This document shows positions 57,865 to 64,000 of a DNA stretch of 64,000 bases, in pieces. The DNA lies in the NCBI GenBank assembly GCA_046590235.1, contig JBKJTY010000032.1:6834-70833 (forward strand), written 5' to 3'. A program made the position numbers and the translations under genes. Origin of the DNA: Candidatus Magasanikiibacteriota bacterium. Its GTDB lineage: Bacteria > Patescibacteriota > Patescibacteriia > Magasanikbacterales > GWA2-37-8. The first letter of the stretch is position 1. Each line of letters opens with the position of its first letter. Under the pieces are notes generated by a model. That model saw nothing but the letters and a program-made list of their open reading frames with translations. It was not told where the DNA came from and ran no database searches.

Positions 57865-58040
57865 AAAATAAAAACACGTCTTTTAAACGTGCCAAGAGTC
57901 CCAATGGGACGATACCATCTTGTGCTTTCACTTAATGACGGCGCTGACGGGCCTACCCGCGGGGATCTACTAGCCGTTTCCGCCAAGTGGCGGAGGCGTT
58001 CTGCCCCGAGCTCCCTGGTGATGCCAGGTGAAATGCTTCT
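57865..58040 (-). ncRNA. T-box riboswitch (Ile specifier AUC) with ultrashort Stem I
   Basis: CCUGG-CAUCA-CCAGG-GAGC; GAA...AGUA stem II; CGGG-UAGG-CCCGUCA; antiterminator CAAGA-UGGUAUC-GUCCC/GGGAC-UCUUG. Confidence 0.8.
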
Positions 58041-58046
58041 ATCCAC

Positions 58047-58075
58047 ATAGTACGCCCAAAACAGCACTTTGTCAA
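58047..58075 (-). promoter_or_regulatory. sigma70 promoter of the T-box/ileS transcript
   Basis: TTGACA (58075-58070)-17-TACTAT (58052-58047). Confidence 0.78.
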
Positions 58076-58121
58076 AAGCAAACAGGGTGGGATGGCGGCG
58101 CCTGAACCGCCATCCCTTAGG

Positions 58122-58463
58122 TCAAAAAACAAAGGTTCCCTGGTGTACGCCCCGATCATCAATTATGACCGGATCGTTTTCTGGCATAGTAATAATAAAA
58201 CCAGTAGCAGTCCGCCGCAAAGCACTCGGGTATCCGTGCACCACCCGCCGGTTTGGAAACCGCTCTATTATCAATTTCCCCTGCTCCAACCGCACAATCC
58301 CAACCATCAAATGCAGGTCGTCGGACAACAAGGTCCAAGCGTCGCCCTCCGCTGTTCCTGGACCAATGTTTTCCGGAGCAACCTCTATCTCTGGTGAGGA
58401 AAATCCCTGCCGATGAGTGGCGCATCCACCCAATACGAGTACTAAAACCAGCCTCCAACCCAT
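58122..58463 (-). CDS. Orphan putative lipoprotein (cassette-type)
   Basis: GGGAG SD; MGWRLVLVLVLGG|C lipobox-like; hairpin at 58089-58116. Confidence 0.6.
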   Translation of the reverse strand: MGWRLVLVLVLGGCATHRQGFSSPEIEVAPENIGPGTAEGDAWTLLSDDLHLMVGIVRLEQGKLIIERFPNRRVVHGYPSALRRTATGFIITMPENDPVIIDDRGVHQGTFVF

Positions 58464-58748
58464 GTTTTTCTCCCTGCGGCACCTGCCGCGCCAAGACTGT
58501 AACAAAGGCCACTTCAAGACAGGATAAAGTCCTTCTTTTTTGCTTTATATAAGCCAAAATATTCTAATACAGCCTTGACAAAAGAGCTTTTTTATGCTAT
58601 AATTGCACGTTACAATATGCTTGTAATCAGGTATATTGTACTTGTTCTTTACAACGAACTTTGGTCCTTATAACGCCTACCCGGGCTTTGCAAGGACCGC
58701 AGTTCCCCACCCCCCCCATTTTGCGTCATCATGACGCGGAGTACCACC

Positions 58749-59240
58749 ATGAATTTCCTGAACTGGCTCTCGGACAAGTCGCAGGCTGGATCCAGCCTCA
58801 TGGGTCTGCTCATGATCCTCACGATCGGAGCTTGGCTCGTGTTTGATTTTTTTCCCGCCTTCGTTCATCACTTTTCCAAGAAGGAATTTGTGATCAAGGA
58901 GTACTTCCGAAACGCGCCCCTGAACTTTGCACTCGCGGTTGTTGCTGGCGCCTGGTTGCTCAGCGGAATCTTCATGACCATGGCGCTCAGCTGTTCTGAT
59001 GCCCACCGCTCAGATCCTCGGAATGCCTGCCAGAATATGCCCTCGGCGTATGTGATTGAGCGCGAAGGCTACCTCCGAAGCTTGCTCCACTACGCAGGCA
59101 GCATCCTCGCCTTCTTGGTCCTGACAGCCTTCTTGGTTGGCATGGCGTATCTTCTCTATTGGCTGTGCAAACAGGCAGTGAGACGCATGCTCAGCCCAGC
59201 CTGGCGCTATATTCGATCCTTCAAGCTGAAGGTGGGGTGA
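58749..59240 (+). CDS. Orphan three-TM membrane protein (cassette-type)
   Basis: GGAG SD before MNFLNW; promoter TTGACA-17-TATAAT at 58575-58603; hairpin at 59247-59277. Confidence 0.65.
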   Translation: MNFLNWLSDKSQAGSSLMGLLMILTIGAWLVFDFFPAFVHHFSKKEFVIKEYFRNAPLNFALAVVAGAWLLSGIFMTMALSCSDAHRSDPRNACQNMPSAYVIEREGYLRSLLHYAGSILAFLVLTAFLVGMAYLLYWLCKQAVRRMLSPAWRYIRSFKLKVG

Positions 59241-59386
59241 AACACTGGGGTGTCGGTGGATTTTCCGTCGACACCCCGCAAGACCAGTTTTCTGAAATTA
59301 TTCAGGAAGCTGGTTTTTTATTTAACCATTGCCAAACCAAAGGAGCGTGCTATAATTACCGTGTTTACTAATCTACATGCTTATAT

Positions 59387-59665
59387 ATGCGTGAAACTTT
59401 TGTACGGGAGGAACGTGACTTAACCACCTTAAAACAGCACTACATTGAATTAATTGAGCAAGGTTTGGCAGTTACCAAAAAAGAAAGTCGCGACCGTTAT
59501 CGCACTATGCTATCTGAATCTCTAAAAAGTGAAGAAACTTCAATTAAAGTGCAGGACCTTATTAAGATTGCTAATGATATTGGTATTGCAAGCCCGGTAT
59601 TTGTTAAAGAGGGCCCAAAAAATATGTTTGAAATTGTTGACGCTATCTTACCTGCTATTAAATAG
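59387..59665 (+). CDS. Hypothetical protein
   Basis: 92 aa, first gene of the rpiB operon; TGCTATAAT upstream. Confidence 0.65.
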   Translation: MRETFVREERDLTTLKQHYIELIEQGLAVTKKESRDRYRTMLSESLKSEETSIKVQDLIKIANDIGIASPVFVKEGPKNMFEIVDAILPAIK

Positions 59666-59677
59666 GTCTTTAGTTGT

Positions 59678-60118
59678 ATGATTTACATCGCCTCCGACCA
59701 CGCCGGCTTTCAGCTCAAAAAAGCCCTGATTACCTATCTCCAAAAAGTTCTTAAGCTTGAAACAGAAGATCTTGGCCCTGAAGCGTACAACCAAGATGAT
59801 GATTATCCTGATTTTGCCGCTCCAGCAGCTAAGAAAGTAGCTGAGAACAAAGGATCCCTTGGTATTTTGATCTGCGGCTCAGGTCATGGCATGACTATTA
59901 CCGCTAACAAGGTTGCCGGCATTCGTGCTGTACTTGCCCCAAGTATTGAATCCGCTGAATTTGCTCGTAAAGAAGATAATGCCAATGTCCTCTGTCTTGC
60001 AGGTCGTGTTTTATCCGATGAACATGCTCGTGCGATCGTAAAAGCCTTTATTGATAAACCATTTAGTGGCGATGAGCGCCACGCCAGACGTTTAAGAAAA
60101 ATTACCGAACTCGAATAA
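59678..60118 (+). CDS. rpiB: Ribose-5-phosphate isomerase B
   Basis: ASDHAGF, DDYPD, ICGSGHG, ANK, ERHARR. Confidence 0.95.
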   Translation: MIYIASDHAGFQLKKALITYLQKVLKLETEDLGPEAYNQDDDYPDFAAPAAKKVAENKGSLGILICGSGHGMTITANKVAGIRAVLAPSIESAEFARKEDNANVLCLAGRVLSDEHARAIVKAFIDKPFSGDERHARRLRKITELE

Positions 60119-60120
60119 GT

Positions 60121-60762
60121 ATGTCCGAACCAGTTATTATCCCAGCTATTCTCACCGATTCATTTTCAGAACTCCGAAAACAAATTCAACGTCTTGATAA
60201 AACGTTTAAACACATTCACATTGATATCCTCGATGACACACTTGTGCCCGGTTTAACATTTGACGATGTTGAATTTGTTAAAACCATTTCAACAACTGCC
60301 AAATTAGAACTTCACTTCATGGTTAATAATCCATTAGAGCATATTCCTTATTGGGAAAATGTTACTAGCGTCTTTCGCATTCTCGTACACGTTGAAGCAA
60401 CATGTGATATAAAAGAAACTATCAATGCCGCACGTGAACGAAACTGGCAAGTTGGTATCGCACTTAATCCCGAAACACCGCTTGAAAAAATTAATCCTTA
60501 CCTCAAACAAGTTGATACTGTTCAATTCATGACAGTACACCCTGGTGGCCAAGGCGCCCCATTTGTTCCGGAAGTTATTGAAAAAATTAAGAAATTCACT
60601 AGCAGCCCACATCACCCCGTTTGCGCAGTTGACGGTGCGATGTCTGAGAAAACTATCAAACAGTTGCGCGATGCGGGTGTTACTCAGTTTGTAGTTGGTA
60701 GCTATTTTGCTAAATCTACCGATCTCGGACAAAGTTTACAAACATTACAAAAATTACTCTAG
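60121..60762 (+). CDS. rpe: Ribulose-phosphate 3-epimerase
   Basis: HIDILD, ELHFMV, ALNPETP, MTVHPG, VDG, VVGS. Confidence 0.9.
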   Translation: MSEPVIIPAILTDSFSELRKQIQRLDKTFKHIHIDILDDTLVPGLTFDDVEFVKTISTTAKLELHFMVNNPLEHIPYWENVTSVFRILVHVEATCDIKETINAARERNWQVGIALNPETPLEKINPYLKQVDTVQFMTVHPGGQGAPFVPEVIEKIKKFTSSPHHPVCAVDGAMSEKTIKQLRDAGVTQFVVGSYFAKSTDLGQSLQTLQKLL

Positions 60763-60765
60763 AGT

Positions 60766-61713
60766 ATGTACGATCTGATTATTATTGGAGGAGCTGCAGT
60801 TGGTTGTAGTGCTGCTGTGTATGCTGCCCGCCGTGGACTTAATTTTAAAGTTGTTACTGATAACATTGGTGGCGAAGTTGCCCTTTCCGGTGTTGTTAAT
60901 AATTGGCCTGGTATTATTGATATCCAAGGCTATGAATTAGCGCAAAAATTTGCAGAACATGCTAAATCATACGGCGTACAATTTGATGAAGGTTGGAAAG
61001 TGACTGATATCACACCAATCGGAAAACACCATGTCGTAAAAGCAAAGAATGCTATCGGTGATGAACGTACCTACGAAACTAAAGCGGTGATCGTTGGTAC
61101 AGGTATTCACCCTCGCCATCTTGGTGTTCCTGGTGAAGACGCACTACTCCACAAAGGTGTCACCTATTGTACTGTTTGTGACGGCCCTCTCTACCGAAAT
61201 AAAACTACCATAACTGTTGGAGCTGGAAATAGTGCGCTCGAGTCAGCTTTGATGATGGCGACACTCGCTAAAAAAGTATACGTACTGACTAAATTTCAAA
61301 ATATTCCTGAAACCCAAGGAGGTTTTCCTAAAGGTGAACGTATTTTAATTGATAAACTAAAAGCGTGTGTAAATGTAGAAATTATTTACGCAGCACATAC
61401 TACAGAAATTGTTGGTCCTAGTCGTGTTACATCGTTAAACTATACTGATGCGACTGGTGGCACACATTCTATTGCCGCAGATGGTGTGATGGTGCACATT
61501 GGCATGATACCAAATTCTCAATTTGCAACATTGCTTGATAAGAATAAACAAGGGGAAATTATTGCTGATACCCGCTGTCGCACTAATGTGCCTGGGATCT
61601 TTGCAGCTGGCGATGTTACCGATATTCCATACAAACAAATTGGTATTGCTGCTGGACAAGGCATTGTTGCCGCATTGTCTGCTATCGAACACATTAATAT
61701 GTGGACTGAATAA
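60766..61713 (+). CDS. trxB: Thioredoxin reductase-family FAD oxidoreductase
   Basis: IIGGAAVG, GVTYCTVCDG, VGAGNSA, FAAGDVT. Confidence 0.85.
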   Translation: MYDLIIIGGAAVGCSAAVYAARRGLNFKVVTDNIGGEVALSGVVNNWPGIIDIQGYELAQKFAEHAKSYGVQFDEGWKVTDITPIGKHHVVKAKNAIGDERTYETKAVIVGTGIHPRHLGVPGEDALLHKGVTYCTVCDGPLYRNKTTITVGAGNSALESALMMATLAKKVYVLTKFQNIPETQGGFPKGERILIDKLKACVNVEIIYAAHTTEIVGPSRVTSLNYTDATGGTHSIAADGVMVHIGMIPNSQFATLLDKNKQGEIIADTRCRTNVPGIFAAGDVTDIPYKQIGIAAGQGIVAALSAIEHINMWTE

Positions 61714-61724
61714 TTTTTTATTAA

Positions 61725-61760
61725 GGCCCACCTTCGCTTTTTGGAGCTACGGCGGGTAAG
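61725..61760. repeat. REP-like palindromic element, family A
   Basis: GGCCCACCTTCGCTTTTTGGAGCTACGGCGGGTAAG. Confidence 0.6.
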
Positions 61761-61769
61761 AGAGGAAAT

Positions 61770-62756
61770 ATGCATCATTTTATTACCATTGGCGATCCAG
61801 TGCTCGACACACTCGTGCAGCTATCTGACGATACTGCTAAATTACGAGTAAACCCTGCACATGAATTAGAGCTGTGTTTGCAGTACGGCAGCAAAGTGCC
61901 GATTCTTGATAGCTTTCAAGCTCTTGGTGGTAATGCTGCTAACGTTGCTGCTGGTGTTGCTCGACTTGGACACACTTCCGCAATTGTAACCACATTAGGC
62001 AAAGATGATCTTGCTATGATGGTGGTTGATCTTCTTAAAAAATCCAGCATCGATACGCAGTACATTACACATGATGCTAAAACAAAAACACGCTACTCAA
62101 TTGTCCTCAATTATCAAACTGACCGCACCATTCTTTCCTATTCTGATGCAAGGAACTATGTATGGCCAAAAGATATAAAGGCTGTTGACTGGATTTACTA
62201 CACGGGCCTGAGCGAAGGCTACGAATCTCTTCAACAGGAAGTATTGGATTTTCTCAAGAAGCATTCATCGGTAAAAATGGCCTTTAATCCAGGTTCAAAA
62301 ATGCTTCAAAACGGCATTGCCCCACTCAAAGATCTTTTAACACGAACAGATGTTCTCATTGTTAATTTAGAAGAAGCTGAAATGTTGGCTAAAACTAAAT
62401 TAGCCGAAACGAAGACTACCTCTTCCCTGCTCCATAAACTACTTGAGCTCGGACCTGACGAAGTGATAATTACTGACGGTGAAAATGGTGCTTGGGCCGG
62501 AAATCACGAAACGATTTGGCACCTTCAAAGTTTTCCTGTAACAGTTATTTCAAAAGTCGGCGCGGGTGATGCTTTCTCTGCAGCATATCTCGCTGCACGA
62601 CAAGCCGAACATGATATTCCGCGCGCTCTTCAGTGGGGTGTGGCTAACAGCTCAAGCGTCATTCAAGAGCTTGGCTCACAAGCTGGTCAACTTGACCAAA
62701 GTGGCATGCAAAAAATGCTTGCGAAGTATAAAACAATTACTCCAACCCAAATATAA
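61770..62756 (+). CDS. PfkB-family carbohydrate kinase
   Basis: GGNAANVA, FNPG, NLEEA, ITDGENG, GAGDAF. Confidence 0.9.
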   Translation: MHHFITIGDPVLDTLVQLSDDTAKLRVNPAHELELCLQYGSKVPILDSFQALGGNAANVAAGVARLGHTSAIVTTLGKDDLAMMVVDLLKKSSIDTQYITHDAKTKTRYSIVLNYQTDRTILSYSDARNYVWPKDIKAVDWIYYTGLSEGYESLQQEVLDFLKKHSSVKMAFNPGSKMLQNGIAPLKDLLTRTDVLIVNLEEAEMLAKTKLAETKTTSSLLHKLLELGPDEVIITDGENGAWAGNHETIWHLQSFPVTVISKVGAGDAFSAAYLAARQAEHDIPRALQWGVANSSSVIQELGSQAGQLDQSGMQKMLAKYKTITPTQI

Positions 62757-62759
62757 TGT

Positions 62760-62790
62760 AAAACCCGATCGTTTAAAGCGATCGGGTTTT
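62760..62790. terminator. Bidirectional terminator
   Basis: AAAACCCGATCG-TTTAAAG-CGATCGGGTTTT. Confidence 0.75.
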
Positions 62791-62795
62791 ATTTT

Positions 62796-63506
62796 TTAGT
62801 AGAATCGTTGTGGAAGATGTGCTCCACGCATACGGTTTAATTCCGACTTTCTTCCTTTGAAGAAATCAACCGACTCACAGACTGCGTGATACTCAAGCTC
62901 AGGCGCAAGAAGGCATAAACCATGCTCAAAATGCTCCACTCGTGCACGAATTTCATCGGCTAACGTTGGATGATCTTGTTCTTTTGCAGCTAGATCGCGG
63001 AGATGGTTTAATGTTTCTTTAATTTCTTTGAGAAGCACTTTAAATTCTGCAACTCGTTCCATATATCGTTTTTTTCCAACACCGATTACCTCACGACCAA
63101 CATATTCACGTAAATCGTATTGCATTTCAACTAATTTTACACATAATTCATTTCGTTCTTCTAGCGCGAAGAAATCCGCAGGACGACCAGAGTGTAACTC
63201 ACGGAATGTGCCACCATATTTTTTAAAATCCTGATATTTTTGCTGCATTTCTGGGGACAGTCGTGGGATCAAAAAGTGTTCACCAACTTCAGATTCAGCA
63301 AGCGCCATAAACTCACGATATGCTTGGTTCCAAGGCCAAATTTCATAACCAAAGGCAATCATAGTCTCTTCAACATGATCAAGCGTAATTGTCTGGTCAT
63401 TTTTTAAATGCGTCAAAGCATGCTCCATCTTCCGTTTTGTTTCTTGAGGAAAGAGTGGAGGAATATTTTTGTACAAATGCTCAAAGAGAGCGATGGTTGA
63501 TTGCAT
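62796..63506 (-). CDS. Hypothetical helical protein
   Basis: 236-aa ORF immediately downstream of the SpoU gene. Confidence 0.75.
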   Translation of the reverse strand: MQSTIALFEHLYKNIPPLFPQETKRKMEHALTHLKNDQTITLDHVEETMIAFGYEIWPWNQAYREFMALAESEVGEHFLIPRLSPEMQQKYQDFKKYGGTFRELHSGRPADFFALEERNELCVKLVEMQYDLREYVGREVIGVGKKRYMERVAEFKVLLKEIKETLNHLRDLAAKEQDHPTLADEIRARVEHFEHGLCLLAPELEYHAVCESVDFFKGRKSELNRMRGAHLPQRFY

Positions 63507-63508
63507 AT

Positions 63509-63988
63509 TTATTTGATTGTACCGAGTTTGTGGCTGATTTCGTACATTGCCACGCCGCCAGCAATACTGACATTAAGGCTTTTTTTTATACCCGCCATCG
63601 GCAAATGCACCACAGCATCACAATACTGTAAAATATTTTTGGTGATACCCGTCTTTTCATTGCCAACAATCAAAGCGATCGGCGCTTCCGGTTGCCACGT
63701 GTATATACTAACACTATTTTTAGTCTTTTCCAAGCCAACAATTTTGTATCCTTCACTTTTTAACTTCTTTAGGAGGCGTGTGGTCTGTTTATAATGCTCC
63801 CATGGTACCACTTTTTCTGCGCCAAGCGACACTTTATCAACCTGCGTATGTGGCGGGCATGGTGTGTAGCCAACGAGATAAATTTTGTTTACTCCGCAAC
63901 CATCGGCGGTGCGAAACATAGCACCAACATTATGACCGCTACGTATATTTGGTAAAATAAGAATGAATTTTTCTTTATCTATACTCAT
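63509..63988 (-). CDS. SpoU/TrmH-family RNA methyltransferase
   Basis: NIRSGHNVGAMFRTAD, VGNEKTGI, LPMAGIKKSLNVS. Confidence 0.92.
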   Translation of the reverse strand: MSIDKEKFILILPNIRSGHNVGAMFRTADGCGVNKIYLVGYTPCPPHTQVDKVSLGAEKVVPWEHYKQTTRLLKKLKSEGYKIVGLEKTKNSVSIYTWQPEAPIALIVGNEKTGITKNILQYCDAVVHLPMAGIKKSLNVSIAGGVAMYEISHKLGTIK

Positions 63989-64000
63989 ATTTTATTTAAA

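Noticed and set aside
57861-58067. 69-aa N-terminal extension of IleRS in the ORF track
   Set aside because: It spans the promoter and T-box RNA; the protein matches IleRS only from MYNAN at 57860.
1-64000. CRISPR array, rRNA, tRNA, retron/DGR or prophage
   Set aside because: No regularly spaced direct repeats, cloverleafs, reverse transcriptase, integrase or phage structural genes recognised by eye; a tRNAscan/Infernal run would be needed to exclude them fully.

Overview
A 64-kb chromosomal segment from a small-genome bacterium, most consistent with Patescibacteria/CPR (probably ABY1/Magasanikbacteria-like; inferred from gene content and from AT-rich, Shine-Dalgarno-less starts), using genetic code 11. 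Left to right it contains: the S10 and str ribosomal protein clusters on the minus strand (fusA and tuf separated by four small ORFs, and a ~400-nt structured leader in front of rplC); a sensor kinase/solute-binding-protein/response regulator operon divergent from a type IV pilus (PilB/PilC/pilins) operon; uvrD/pcrA, tgt, rlmH, trpS, an ECF sigma factor and a stand-alone rplA; a thymidylate cluster (dCMP deaminase, dut, thyX, tmk); gatB, ruvA and a NIF3-like gene; an operon of a double ATP-grasp ligase plus three paralogous GNAT/Fem-like proteins; a membrane-anchored half Clp ATPase; a large repeat surface protein; ileS; rpiB, rpe, trxB, a PfkB kinase and a SpoU methyltransferase. Most notable observations: (1) the carnosine-synthase-like/Ddl-like ligase fusion with three GNATs, a candidate undescribed peptide-assembly system; (2) an Actinobacteria-type ultrashort-Stem-I ileS T-box riboswitch; (3) about 11 self-contained orphan gene cassettes (own promoter, strong SD, long GC hairpin) whose signals differ from host genes; (4) palindromic repeats, one inserted in frame inside IleRS. 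No rRNA, tRNA, CRISPR array, integrase or transposase was recognised. All calls come from reading sequence motifs by eye; no database searches were run.
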